DNA of 64,000 nucleotides. Origin: Clostridium sp. GTDB taxonomy: Bacteria; Bacillota; Clostridia; Clostridiales; Clostridiaceae. Made by a program: the position numbers and the translations under genes. Under the pieces are notes generated by a model, which worked only from the letters and a program-made list of their open reading frames with translations, was not told where the DNA came from and did not search any database. Below, in pieces: positions 32,693 through 43,585 of this stretch. The first letter of the stretch is position 1. Every line of letters begins with the position of its first letter. The DNA lies in contig NZ_JBKEEV010000007.1 of NCBI RefSeq assembly GCF_047777555.1, positions 7,877 to 71,876 on the forward strand. Reading direction: 5' to 3'.

Positions 32693-34216
32693 ATGGATAC
32701 TAATGAAAAACAAACTAAAAAACTAACTTTAACATCCTTAATTTTAATGATTTTCACTTCAGTATTTGGATTTGCAAATATGCCTAGATCATTTTATTTA
32801 ATGGGTTATGGAGCAATTCCATGGTTTATTTTATCGGGATTTACTTTCTTCATACCCTTTGCATTTATGATGTCAGAGTATGGATCAGCCTTTAAAACAG
32901 AAAAAGGTGGTATTTACTCTTGGATGAACCTATCTGTAGGTCCTAAGTATGCCTTTGTAGGAACATTTATGTGGTATGCGTCTTATATAATATGGATGGT
33001 TAATATAAGCTCTACTATATGGATCCCTTTATCTAACGCATTGTTTGGAAAAGATACTACTGCTAATTGGTCTATATTAGGGCTAAATTCAACTCAAACT
33101 TTAGGACTACTTGGAGTTATTTGGATTTTAGTAGTAACTTTTACAGCATCTAAAGGTCTAGAAAAAATCACAAAAGTAACCTCTGTAGGTGGAACTGCTG
33201 TTGCATTATTGAATATTGTATTGTTGATTGGAGCTATAATAGTTTTAATATTAAATGGTGGAAATTTAGCTCAACCAATTGTATCTGCTCAGTCTTTTAT
33301 AAAATCACCAAACCCTAGCTATCAATCTTCTATTTCTGTCTTATCCTTCTTGGTATTTGCTATATTTTCTTATGGAGGAATCGAAGTGCAGTTGGTGGTC
33401 TTGTAGACCAAACAGAAAATCCAGAAGTAACCTTCCCTAAGGGCTTAACTATTGCTGCATTCATTATCGCTATAGGCTATTCTGTAGGTATATTCTTAAC
33501 AGGAATATTCACTAATTGGAATAATGTATTATCTACAGAAGGAGTTCACATGGGTAATGTAGCATATGTAGTAATGCAAAACTTAGGTTATGAACTAGGT
33601 CATAGGCTTTGGATTGACTGAAGCTGCATCTTTAAGCCTAGGTGCTTGGGTAGCTAGATTTGTTGGATTATCTATGTTTCTAGCATTAAGCTGGAGCATT
33701 TTTCACTTTATCTTACTCTCCTTTGGAAACAACTTATTGAAGGAACTCCATCAGAATTATGGCCAAAAGAAAATGACAGTAATTGAAGATGGAATGCCAA
33801 AAAATGCTATGTGGATTCAATGTATTATAGTAGTTGTATTTATCTTACTTATATCCTTCGGCGGTGAGGGTGCCGCTCAATTTTTCACTAAGCTAGTATT
33901 AATGACAAATATAGCTATGACATTGCCTTACTTATTCTTATCAGGTGCTTTTGCATCTTTCAAAAAGAAGAAAGAAATAAAGAAGCCTTTTGAAATATTT
34001 AAAACCTATGGTTCTGCTTTAGCAGCTACAATTATAGTTACATTTACTGTAGGATTTGCGAATTTCTTTACAATAATAGAACCTGCACAAAACGGAGATA
34101 TATCATCTACAATATGGATGATTGTAGGACCTTTGTTCTTTACAATAGTATCATTGATACTGTATAAAAGATACGAAAATAAAATTGGAAATAAAGAGAT
34201 AAAAGAAACTGCATAA
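32693..34216 (+). pseudogene. APC-family amino-acid permease (YjeM-like) with multiple frameshifts
   Basis: ORFs 32693-33406 and 33614-34216 share one frame. The segment ~33390-33610 reads sensibly only in another frame (SAVGGLVDQTENPEVTFPKGLTIAAFIIAIGY...). Inside 33690-33790 three single-base insertions garble a stretch expected to read GAFFTLSYSPLKQLIEGTPSELWPKK. Confidence 0.75.
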
Positions 34217-34218
34217 AA

Positions 34219-34257
34219 AAAATTAAAACAGGGCATAACTCCCTGTTTTAATTTTTT
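34219..34257 (+). terminator. Intrinsic terminator after the permease
   Basis: aaaattaaaacaggg / ccctgttttaatttt stem followed by Ts. Confidence 0.8.
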
Positions 34258-34359
34258 ACTCGCATATCTTTTATACTATACTAGTCCAACAATTGGTATA
34301 ATAAATATATAAAAAGGTTTTATCAAAAACATTTCTATTATAAAAGTGGGGTAACAAAA

Positions 34360-35082
34360 ATGAAAATTGATATTATTATTTCAGCAAATGATATTAAGAA
34401 AGAAAAAATTAAAGATAAAACAGTAGTTATTATAGATATACTTAGAGCTACATCTGTAATAATTACTGCTCTTAATAATGGATGTAATGAAGTAATTCCT
34501 GTAGTAGATGTGGAGGATGCAAAAAACTTAGTTAAAGATAGCAGAGAGAAATATATTCTAGGTGGGGAAAGAAATGCATTAAAAATTGATGGCTTTGATT
34601 TCTCTAATTCACCATTAGAGTATACTGAAGATATTGTAAAAAATAGAACTTTAGTAATGACTACAACTAATGGTACAAAAGCAATACACGGCACCTTAGG
34701 TGCAAAACATATATTAATAGGCGCTTTTATAAATGCAAAAGCTGTGGCTCAAAAGGCTATTGAGTTAAATAATGATTTAGTTATAGTTAATGCTGGAACC
34801 CGCGGTGAATTTTCTATGGATGATTTTATATGCAGCGGATACATAATAGAATGTATTTTAAAAAATGCATGTGTAGATTTATCTGACATCGCTGCTACTG
34901 CTCACTACATTTATACTCAAAATACAGATATACTAGGATTTTTAAGTAAAGCAAGGCATTATAAAGTACTTATGAATCTGGGACTTCAAAAGGATATAGA
35001 ATATTGCTGCAAAACTGATATCATAGATATAGTTCCTAGCTGCGACCTCACTTCTTATGGAATAAGAATACAAAAAAAGTGA
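34360..35082 (+). CDS. comB: 2-phosphosulfolactate phosphatase family protein
   Basis: 240 aa with the family motifs [11 protein letters not shown] and [16 protein letters not shown]. Confidence 0.8.
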   Translation: MKIDIIISANDIKKEKIKDKTVVIIDILRATSVIITALNNGCNEVIPVVDVEDAKNLVKDSREKYILGGERNALKIDGFDFSNSPLEYTEDIVKNRTLVMTTTNGTKAIHGTLGAKHILIGAFINAKAVAQKAIELNNDLVIVNAGTRGEFSMDDFICSGYIIECILKNACVDLSDIAATAHYIYTQNTDILGFLSKARHYKVLMNLGLQKDIEYCCKTDIIDIVPSCDLTSYGIRIQKK

Positions 35083-35140
35083 TATTCAAAAGAATATCAC
35101 TTTAATTAACCGTATTTAAAACAATCTATTTAAATACTAA

Positions 35141-35341
35141 TTATAGTTTAACTACGTTAGCAGCTTGAGGTCCTCTAGCTCCCTCAGTTACTTCGAATTC
35201 AACTTTTTGGCCTTCTTCTAAAGTCTTGAATCCGTCTCCTTGGATAGCTGAGAAATGAACGAATACGTCATCTTCTCCTTCTACAGATATGAACCCAAAT
35301 CCTTTTTCTGCGTTAAACCATTTAACTGTTCCTGTTTTCAT
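35141..35341 (-). CDS. cspA: Cold-shock protein
   Basis: 66 aa with RNP motifs KGFGFI and VFVHF. Confidence 0.95.
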   Translation of the reverse strand: MKTGTVKWFNAEKGFGFISVEGEDDVFVHFSAIQGDGFKTLEEGQKVEFEVTEGARGPQAANVVKL

Positions 35342-35901
35342 TGAAAAAATTCCTCCTAAAAAATCTTAAAATATATGCACACAGATTTCTACTTTTATGC
35401 GGAAACCAGCGAACAAACTACTTCATATTGTTCTCATCTTTATAGAATGAATCGGCCAATATTTTTAGCTTACTCAGTACATTATACTAATGGTATCATA
35501 TATAAATTCCATTGTCAATAAATCTATTTGCCCATTCATTCTGTTTCCTTGTTCTCTATTAGTTTTCCCAAAGAAATTTTTTATATTCACAAAATAATAA
35601 AAATACGATGCAATTTTATTATGTATAACATCACACATGGGATTTGCATTTAGAAAAGCTTCACTTCTCAAATAAGCTAAAAGGCAGTGGAAAAAGTGTA
35701 GGGAATATAGACGCTAAAGCGCTGAGTTTAGAAAATACCGATAATCTTTTTAATAAAATACATAACCAATTCATGTAAAAAATTACAATTTAAAACCACA
35801 GGTTCTATTACGTTCATTGCAGCTTGTTAGCAATAGCAGCAAACTTATATTAGTAGATGAAAAATGCTGCTGATATATATGTTATCAGCAACATTTCTTT
35901 G

Positions 35902-36081
35902 TCAACCTCTATCTCTTTCTCCATTTCTAGTGGTTTTTCTTCTCCCAGTTATAGCATCAAAAATAAAAACTACAGCTGCTACTATTAATAATAAGTGTAT
36001 AAGCCTTCCACCTATTCTGAAGATAAGACCTAAAAGCCAAAAAAATACTACTATTCCACCTATCCAACGCAATAATCCCAT
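35902..36081 (-). CDS. Small membrane protein, lmo0937-like
   Basis: Not in the ORF track (59 aa): MGLLRWIGGIVVFFWLLGLIFRIGGRLIHLLLIVAAVVFIFDAITGRRKTTRNGERDRG. AGGAGG RBS and a terminator hairpin at ~35868-35900. It replaces the two track ORFs 35864-36097 and 35957-36151. Confidence 0.7.
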   Translation of the reverse strand: MGLLRWIGGIVVFFWLLGLIFRIGGRLIHLLLIVAAVVFIFDAITGRRKTTRNGERDRG

Positions 36082-36187
36082 TACAATATCCTCCTAATTC
36101 TATAGCATTAGACTTTTTCTTTTGATAGTAGTATCTCCAAAAAAACACCACTTATTACACAATTTCTTATGTTTAAACGGTGTCTTT

Positions 36188-36613
36188 TTATTCTGGAGAG
36201 TAAAGTTTTATAAGTTTTTCCCATATTTCCGGCCTTTTCTTTTTTAGATTTATAACTCTAAAGTTTTCGGAATCAACGAAAGCATGAGTTGTGGTTCCTT
36301 TAGCTAGAATTTTATTGTCTCTTTCTCTTATGACATTATAGCTAAATATAGCTTTAGCAGGAGTTAGCTTTTCTATAAAGGTTTCAATTATAAGCTCATC
36401 TTCGTATTTTGCACCTTCTATGTATTTGCAGCCGCTTTCTACTACAGGAAACATTATTTTTTCCTTTTCTATTTCTGTATAAGTCATTCCAGAGTCCTTT
36501 ATAAATTCTGTTCTTCCAACTTCAAACCAAGCATAGTAGTTTGAATGGTGAACAATACCCATTTGGTCTGTTTCTACATATCTAACACTTATATTAGTTC
36601 TATTTGTATACAT
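36188..36613 (-). CDS. Acyl-CoA thioesterase, YbgC/FadM (4HBT) family
   Basis: 141 aa with the VRYVETDQMGIVHHSNYYAWFEVGRTEF signature. Confidence 0.85.
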   Translation of the reverse strand: MYTNRTNISVRYVETDQMGIVHHSNYYAWFEVGRTEFIKDSGMTYTEIEKEKIMFPVVESGCKYIEGAKYEDELIIETFIEKLTPAKAIFSYNVIRERDNKILAKGTTTHAFVDSENFRVINLKKKRPEIWEKLIKLYSPE

Positions 36614-36667
36614 TATCAGTCAATCCTCTCTTAATAAGTTATTCATGTGTACAATACATGATGTTTA

Positions 36668-37026
36668 TTATAATACATTAGCTTTATTTAATATCTTTTC
36701 ATAGCAGTAAAATGACTTTTCCTTTCGTGGAAATCTTATTTCTCCAACTAAGTCGTAACCACATTTTTTCAATAACCCATTCATTTTTGTATTTATTGAA
36801 TAGGTATCTGTTTTCAAATATCTTATTTATTAACACATACGAAACCAGCTAATTTTCCTTCTCTCTCTGCCGCATATAGTTCTCCTCTTTGAATGTCATT
36901 CATAAAGTCTTTTTCCTGAGGGTAATTTTCGTCCCATTGAGTATTGTTGTAGGTTCGCATTTCTGCAATAGTTTCTTTTATAATTTGCATAATCTCTTTT
37001 ATATCTTCCTCAACTGCCTTTCTCAT
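36668..37026 (-). pseudogene. GNAT acetyltransferase remnant (internal deletion plus frame change)
   Basis: The N-terminal 67 aa are in one ORF. A C-terminal piece (IRYLKTDTYSINTKMNGLLKKCGYDLVGEIRFPRKEKSFYCYEKIL) is in another frame. The central acetyl-CoA-binding motif is absent. Confidence 0.6.
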
Positions 37027-37049
37027 CCTATTATCCTCCTAAAAATATT

Positions 37050-37616
37050 TCAACTGTGAATTTTTCTATATCCAAAAATTCCTCCGCAAAGTCCGCCAAT
37101 TATGTGAGTAATTTGAGATATGTTGTCCTGGATAAATATGCCGCTGACCACCTCTTTGCCCAAAAATATTATTACTACTATGACAAGAGTTAAAGGTATC
37201 TTCCCTGTTTCAGCATTAGCAAAGGAGCTTAGTAAAATCATCATAAATACAATTCCACTAGCGCCCAAGAGAGCTGAATCAAACAGCATAGTATTTAAAA
37301 TCCCTGTAACAAAAGCTGTTATCATGATCATCTCCACCATATTCTTTGAGCCATATTTTTCTTCTAGCATAGGTCCTAAAAGCAATATAATCAAAAAATT
37401 GCCGCTAAAATGTTCCCAGCTAATATGTCCTAAAATATGAGTAAATAAACGAATATATTGGAAAGGATCTAGAAACGAAGTTCTATAATTTGAAAATAAA
37501 AACTTAGTGCTTATATGATGTGTAGCCATTCCTAAAATTAAAACTCCTAAAGACATAAAGGTATATGTTAAAGTAACTGGAGCATTATATTGCAATCTTT
37601 TTGTTCGATTTTCCAT
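37050..37616 (-). CDS. Rhomboid-family intramembrane serine protease
   Basis: 188 aa polytopic protein with GASGIVF (catalytic Ser) and HIIGGLCGG (catalytic His). Confidence 0.8.
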   Translation of the reverse strand: MENRTKRLQYNAPVTLTYTFMSLGVLILGMATHHISTKFLFSNYRTSFLDPFQYIRLFTHILGHISWEHFSGNFLIILLLGPMLEEKYGSKNMVEMIMITAFVTGILNTMLFDSALLGASGIVFMMILLSSFANAETGKIPLTLVIVVIIFLGKEVVSGIFIQDNISQITHIIGGLCGGIFGYRKIHS

Positions 37617-37875
37617 ATGAAATACCTACTTTCTAGAAATATTTATAATCTATTTTATTATAATATAAAATCTACAAATTCAATTAACAATTTAGCTTCT
37701 GCAAATTCTGCTGCAGCTAAAGATATACCTATACCATAGAATTAATTTCCGAATAAATGTGTTTAAAAAGGTTAAACTACTTAAGGAAGCTTATGATTTA
37801 AAGGCAATATATTTTGCATGATTTTTAAATCATATTTTTTTAAAAATTTATTATTTCAAATAGGAGGGATTAATT

Positions 37876-38052
37876 ATGGAAGGAAGAGTAGAAAAAACTA
37901 ACAACCATATTTCTGGTGTTAAATGCGTTGTAAACACTTGTCACTATCATGAACAAGGCGACTACTGCAGTGCTGCTAAAATAGAAATTCAACCACGTAA
38001 CGCATCTAATACTCACGAAACTGACTGCGCAACTTTTACTCCACAATCATAG
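37876..38052 (+). CDS. DUF1540 small Cys-containing protein
   Basis: Not in the ORF track (58 aa): MEGRVEKTNNHISGVKCVVNTCHYHEQGDYCSAAKIEIQPRNASNTHETDCATFTPQS. GGAGGG RBS and a terminator hairpin at ~38057-38086. Confidence 0.75.
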   Translation: MEGRVEKTNNHISGVKCVVNTCHYHEQGDYCSAAKIEIQPRNASNTHETDCATFTPQS

Positions 38053-38143
38053 TTTAAAAGACATGCAGCCCCCTGCATGCCTTTTAACTTTAGAGATATA
38101 TATTATAAATTTATATACTTCAAATCTATTAGCTTATAATAAC

Positions 38144-38578
38144 CTAGCTGTTCTCACTATTATTGATTAATGCCATTATTCCCATAATATATCCATATAT
38201 TCCAAAACCACTTATTTGACCAATGCAAGCTGCCGCTGTAACAGACTTATGCCTAAATTCTTCTCTTTTGTGAATATTGCTTATATGTACTTCAACCGTA
38301 GGAATTTGTACCGCCATTAGTGCATCATATATTGCGATACTATAGTGTGTATAAGCACCTGGATTTATTACAATTCCATCATATTTTCCATAGGCTAATT
38401 GTATATAATTGATTATTTCTCCTTCAATATTGCTTTGAACTATTTCCACATCAGCCAAATTCTCACTTTTTTCTTTTATATACCTGCACATATCATCATA
38501 AGCAGTAGTGCCGTATATATGCTTTTCTCTTATTCCTAGCATGTTTATATTTGGACCGTTTATTATTAATATTTTCAC
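38144..38578 (-). CDS. aroQ: 3-dehydroquinate dehydratase, type II
   Basis: 144 aa with the INPGAYTHYSIAIYDAL and VEVHISNIHKREEFRH motifs. Confidence 0.9.
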   Translation of the reverse strand: MKILIINGPNINMLGIREKHIYGTTAYDDMCRYIKEKSENLADVEIVQSNIEGEIINYIQLAYGKYDGIVINPGAYTHYSIAIYDALMAVQIPTVEVHISNIHKREEFRHKSVTAAACIGQISGFGIYGYIMGIMALINNSENS

Positions 38579-38619
38579 TGTTTATACCTCCATTTAAAAA
38601 TTTTGCAAAGCAAAATTTT

Positions 38620-39111
38620 TTATATTAAAGAAATAATTTTACTAATACTTTTTTTAATATCAACATTAGTTACTTTATAATCACAATACTTATTATAAAG
38701 TGGATATCTTTCATAATAAAGCTGATATAGTTTTTCAATGCCATCCTTTAATAGAGGTCTGCTTTTTACGTCTACATCTTGAGCAATATCTTCTATAGGC
38801 CTATCTATAAAAAATATGATTCCATTCTCTTTTAAGACTTTTATGTTGTCAGACCTTTTTACTGCACCTCCACCTGTTGCTATGACTTTAGGATAGGTTT
38901 TGCATATTCTTTCTATTGCCATGCTCTCAATATCTCTAAAGTATTCTTCTCCGTTTTTAAATATTTCAGAAATACTATGCTTTTCGCTTTCTACTATATA
39001 TTCATCCACATCACAAAATTCTATATTTAATTCATGGGCTATCCTTTTCCCTATGGTAGTTTTCCCACAGCCAGGCATACCTATTAGAACTATATTTTTA
39101 TTTAATTTCAT
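38620..39111 (-). CDS. aroK: Shikimate kinase
   Basis: 163 aa with the P-loop GMPGCGKTT. Confidence 0.9.
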   Translation of the reverse strand: MKLNKNIVLIGMPGCGKTTIGKRIAHELNIEFCDVDEYIVESEKHSISEIFKNGEEYFRDIESMAIERICKTYPKVIATGGGAVKRSDNIKVLKENGIIFFIDRPIEDIAQDVDVKSRPLLKDGIEKLYQLYYERYPLYNKYCDYKVTNVDIKKSISKIISLI

Positions 39112-39126
39112 AAATTTCTTCCCCTT

Positions 39127-39939
39127 TTATAGCAAATCGAAAAGCTCCCTATAAATTTTATCCACAGTTTCATCATTAATTTTTACACTATTCCACAACT
39201 CTTCTGACTTTATTGCTTGACCGACTAACATATAAAGTCCGTTTATTCCCTGTAATCCTAACTCTTTAGCGTATTTTAATAAAAGTGTTTCCTGTGGATT
39301 ATAAATTACATCTACAACTACTTTAAACTTTGAAATCAATTCTTTTGTTAATGGTGAAGCTTCAACTTTAGGATACATTCCAACAGGAGTACAGTTAATT
39401 ACTATATCTTTATTACTTTTTTCTTTAAGCTGCGTATAATTTATTACCTCAAATCCATTAAATTTTCTTTTTCCCTCTTCTACACTTCTGCTTACAAAGG
39501 TAATTTCTCCAGCATCATTATCTAACAAGTATTGAAGTACTGCTCTAGATGCTCCTCCAGTACCTAAAATAACCGCTTCTCTTCCTTTAATATCCACATT
39601 AAATTTGTTTAGCATCATTCCAAAGCCATAGTAATCTGTATTATATCCAACAGCTTTTCCCTCTTTAAAGCAAATAGTGTTAACAGCTCCTATATCTTTT
39701 GCTTCTTTAGATACATCATCTAAATATTTTATTACATCAATCTTATATGGAATGGTTACATTTACTCCCCTTACCTTAAGAGCCTTAAATCCTAAGATTG
39801 CATTTTGAAGATCTTCCTTATTTACTTCAAATAAATGATAGTATCCATCTATGCCTAACTCTTTGAATATTAAAGAATGTATTTGTGGAGAAAAGCTGTG
39901 CGGCAGACTCTCTCCTAATAATCCATATAGGTTTTTCAA
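39127..39939 (-). CDS. aroE: Shikimate dehydrogenase
   Basis: SFSPQIH and GVNVTIPYK motifs. A TTG at 39939 follows a strong GGAGGAG RBS. The track ORF extends to 39963. Confidence 0.85.
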   Translation of the reverse strand: MKNLYGLLGESLPHSFSPQIHSLIFKELGIDGYYHLFEVNKEDLQNAILGFKALKVRGVNVTIPYKIDVIKYLDDVSKEAKDIGAVNTICFKEGKAVGYNTDYYGFGMMLNKFNVDIKGREAVILGTGGASRAVLQYLLDNDAGEITFVSRSVEEGKRKFNGFEVINYTQLKEKSNKDIVINCTPVGMYPKVEASPLTKELISKFKVVVDVIYNPQETLLLKYAKELGLQGINGLYMLVGQAIKSEELWNSVKINDETVDKIYRELFDLL

Positions 39940-40021
39940 AATATTAACTCCTCCTTTCCTCACTATTTAATCCTAAATACTTTATAGGATTTTCTAGGCA
40001 TTAAGATTAAAATTGTGCCCT

Positions 40022-41182
40022 TTATAATTTCCCAAAAGCTTGAAAGTCATAGCTGTTGTTTTTTATATCTGCTATGGCTTCCTTCACAGCTTTACCATGC
40101 AAGTTTCCTTCAAAATCAATATAAAAGAAGTATTCAAAGGGCTTGCCTATGATTGGTCTTGATTCTATCTTTAACAAACTTAAATTGTACTCTGCAAAAA
40201 TACTCAATATATTGTAAAGAGAACCAGGCTTATGTGGTAAAGTTAATATAATGCTTATTTTATTATAATCTTTTTCTAATTCCAAATTTTTACCTATAAC
40301 TATAAATCTAGTATAATTATTTTTATTATAATTTATGTCATGTTTTATTACATCTAACCCATATATTTCCCCAGCTTTTGTGCTGGCTATGGCCGCCTTT
40401 TCTTTCCTATTTTCATTTTTTACAAACTCAGCACTTGCTGCTGTATTTCTATAAGGAATACATTTCCATTCCGGATAATATTTTAAAAACTCACTGCTTT
40501 GTTGAAGAGCTTGAGAGTGAGAATACACCTCTTTTATATCTTCTATTTTCGCTCCTTTTACGCCTAACAAATTATGAGTTACCTTTATAGTTCTCTCTCC
40601 TACTATGAAAAATCCGTATTTTCTTAGAAGATCATATACTTCTATTATGCCTCCTGTAGATGAATTTTCTATAGGAAGTATTCCATAATCTATTTCATTA
40701 TTTCTTAGAGCCTTAAATACATCCTCAAACTCTGCTACATTATGTGAATCTACATTCTCGCCAAAATACTCTAACAAGGCTTCTTCACTAAAAGAACCTT
40801 TAACCCCTTGAAATCCAACTTTTATATTTTCCTTTTTAGGTGTGCAGGCTGCTTCATAGCTTACCATATACTCTAAATCATTTCTACTATTTTCTCCTTC
40901 ATCCATGTTATACTCGAAAATTTTCCTTGCCTGAGCCTTCTTGCTAATAGCCATAACACTCTTTAAAAATTCTGCTTCTTCTTTCTTAAAGCCTTTGTTC
41001 TTTAAATACTTTATGTTTTTCTCAATAACCTCTTCTTCACGACTTTTATTTAGTATAGGTATATTATTTTCCTTCTTATACTGAGCTACTTTTAATACAG
41101 TCTCCATCCTCTTTTCAAATAGCTCTGTAAGTTGCTTATCTATATCATCTATTTGATTTCTCAAAATTTCTAAAGTGTCCAA
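40022..41182 (-). CDS. pheA: Bifunctional chorismate mutase / prephenate dehydratase
   Basis: 386 aa: N-terminal CM helix (LRNQIDDIDKQL..), a PDT domain (VGFQGVKGSFSEEA) and a C-terminal ACT-like region (ESRP). Confidence 0.9.
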   Translation of the reverse strand: MDTLEILRNQIDDIDKQLTELFEKRMETVLKVAQYKKENNIPILNKSREEEVIEKNIKYLKNKGFKKEEAEFLKSVMAISKKAQARKIFEYNMDEGENSRNDLEYMVSYEAACTPKKENIKVGFQGVKGSFSEEALLEYFGENVDSHNVAEFEDVFKALRNNEIDYGILPIENSSTGGIIEVYDLLRKYGFFIVGERTIKVTHNLLGVKGAKIEDIKEVYSHSQALQQSSEFLKYYPEWKCIPYRNTAASAEFVKNENRKEKAAIASTKAGEIYGLDVIKHDINYNKNNYTRFIVIGKNLELEKDYNKISIILTLPHKPGSLYNILSIFAEYNLSLLKIESRPIIGKPFEYFFYIDFEGNLHGKAVKEAIADIKNNSYDFQAFGKL

Positions 41183-41234
41183 CTACTTAATGCCTCCCCA
41201 TTTTTTTAGTAATCAGCTTTCTTTTAAACCTTAT

Positions 41235-42317
41235 CTAACTTATTAGTTCTAATATTCCCATAGCCGCTGCTGCCTCAACCACTGGCACTGCCCTTTGAAC
41301 AATGCATGGGTCATGTCTTCCTTCAATTCTTATCATAGTATTTTCTCTAGTTACAATGTCAACTGTTCTCTGCTCTTTTGCAATAGACGCTGTGGGTTTA
41401 AATGCAACTCTGAATATTAGGGGCATTCCGTTTGTTATTCCCCCCAATATTCCTCCATTGTTATTTGTGTAGGTTTTTATGTTATCATTCTCAATAAAAA
41501 ATTCATCATTAGCTTGTGAACCCTTCATTCTAGATATATTAAAGCCTGCACCAAATTCTACTCCCTTTACTGCTGGAATAGAAAACATAAGACTGCTTAA
41601 AATGCTTTCTACAGAGTTAAAAAATGGTGAACCTATTCCTGCAGGTAGATTTAAAATTGCACACTCCACAATTCCACCTATAGAATCTAATTCTTCTTTG
41701 CACTTTAATATCTCTTCCTTCATTTTTAAAGCCTTTTCTTCATCTATTGTAGGAAACTCTTTTTTAGATAATTCCTCTAACAACTCTTTTTTTATATTCA
41801 CACTATCAAAGTAATTATCTTCAACAGTGCCTATACTTTTTATGTGGCTTCCGATTATTATTCCTTGTTTCTTTAAAATCTGTTTTGCCACAGCTCCAGC
41901 AAATACAATAGGAGCTGTAAGTCTTCCAGAAAAATGGCCTCCTCCTCTATAATCATTAAAACCTTCATACTTTATAAATCCAGTATAGTCAGCATGACTC
42001 GGTCTTAAAAGGCTCTTTGTTTTTTCATAATCCTTTGAGTGTTGATCACTGTTTTTTATAGTAATGCAAAGAGGAGTACCTGTAGTCCTATTATTAAAAT
42101 ATCCGCTCTGTATTTGGAATTCATCTTTTTCATTTCGTGCTGTAGAAAACTTATTCTTTCCTGGAGCACGTCTTCTCATTTCTCTATTTATTTCTTCTAT
42201 ATCAAGTTCTATTCCTGATGGTAAGCCATCTATAATTATTCCTATGGAATTCCCATGAGATTCTCCAAAAATAGAGTATTTTATTTTATTTCCCCATACT
42301 CCACTCATATACTGCAC
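41235..42317 (-). CDS. aroC: Chorismate synthase
   Basis: 360 aa with FGESHG and RPSHAD motifs. Confidence 0.9.
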   Translation of the reverse strand: MQYMSGVWGNKIKYSIFGESHGNSIGIIIDGLPSGIELDIEEINREMRRRAPGKNKFSTARNEKDEFQIQSGYFNNRTTGTPLCITIKNSDQHSKDYEKTKSLLRPSHADYTGFIKYEGFNDYRGGGHFSGRLTAPIVFAGAVAKQILKKQGIIIGSHIKSIGTVEDNYFDSVNIKKELLEELSKKEFPTIDEEKALKMKEEILKCKEELDSIGGIVECAILNLPAGIGSPFFNSVESILSSLMFSIPAVKGVEFGAGFNISRMKGSQANDEFFIENDNIKTYTNNNGGILGGITNGMPLIFRVAFKPTASIAKEQRTVDIVTRENTMIRIEGRHDPCIVQRAVPVVEAAAAMGILELIS

Positions 42318-43583
42318 CCCCTAGCTTTTTAAAATCTTCCCAAAAATGTGGATAAGATTTGTTAACAGCCCTGCTGTTTGTTATTATGAGCTCTTTTTCA
42401 CATTTTATGGATGCAACAGCCATAGCCATAGCTATTCTATGATCATTCCAGCTATCTACAACTCCACCCTTTAAAACTTTCTTTCCTTTTATTATAAGTC
42501 CATCTTTAAGTTCTTCTACTTCAGCCCCTATTTTATTAAGTTCTGTTGCCATAGCCTTTAATCTATCACATTCCTTAATTCTTACCCTTTCAGCATTTAT
42601 TATCTTTGTAGTTCCTTCGCTTACTGCCCCAAGAACAGATAAAATAGGTACAAGGTCTGGACATTCAGAAGCATCTATGGTGATTCCTTTAGTAGTTGAT
42701 TGTTTTACATCTATAGAGTCATCTCTTACCTCTATTTTCCCTCCCATTTCCTTTGCTATGTCCAGTATTACCTTATCTCCTTGAAGTGAATTTACATTCA
42801 AATCTTTGCATCTTATTTCTTTTCCTAAAATACCTGCAACTATCCAAAAGGCTGCTTGAGAAAAATCTCCTTCAACTCTATAATCCATAGCTTTGTACTT
42901 TTGATTTCCTTTAATATGAAACTCTTTATAGTCATTATTTTCTATTTCTATTCCAAACTTCTTCAAGCAATCTATGGTTAAATCTACATAACCTTTTGAT
43001 TCTAGTTCTGTAGTCATTATAATTTTAGAATCTCCCTCTAAAAGTGGAAGTGTAAACATAAGACCAGTTATAAACTGAGAACTTATATTTCCCTTAACAA
43101 AAAAGTCCCCTGACTTTAATTTACCTTTTACTTTTAAAGGAAGCTCACCTTTATTGGTTTCATATTTTATTCCCTGCTTTTCAAATATGTCATAATACAC
43201 ATTGAGAGGTCTTGATACTAATTTTCCTCTTCCTTGAAAGGTTATTTCTTCTCCGGTAAGCAATGCTATGGAATCAAAAACCTTAAAGTTGAACCTGATT
43301 CTATACAATCTATAGTATCTTTTATGAGTATAGGATATGACCTACCTCTTATGCTTAAATTATCGCTATAATTTTCAATTTCTACCCCAAGGCTCTTCAT
43401 GCCTTCTATAGTAGCCTTAATATCCTGTGAATATATAATATTACTTATGTTACTTACCCCTTCTGAAAGTCCAGCACATATAACAGCCCTATGTGCTAAG
43501 CTTTTAGATGGAGGAATATTTATCTCTCCTTTTAAGGAGCTTGGCATAATTCTTATGTTCTCCAATATATCATCTCCTCTCAT
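42286..43583 (-). pseudogene. aroA: EPSP synthase split by a single-base frameshift (or an assembly error)
   Basis: The 105-aa ORF ends ...GSTLRFLIP*. The overlapping 340-aa ORF continues [15 protein letters not shown]. One missing base near 43268-43270 would join them. Confidence 0.8.
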
Positions 43584-43585
43584 CT

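Noticed and set aside
34338-34694. 118-aa minus-strand ORF overlapping comB
   Set aside because: It is an antisense shadow of a well-supported plus-strand gene.
35474-36151. Track ORFs 35474-35671, 35864-36097 and 35957-36151
   Set aside because: They have no RBS and implausible sequences. The 59-aa lmo0937-like ORF at 35902-36081, with AGGAGG and a terminator, explains the locus. 35474-35671 lies in the csp upstream region.
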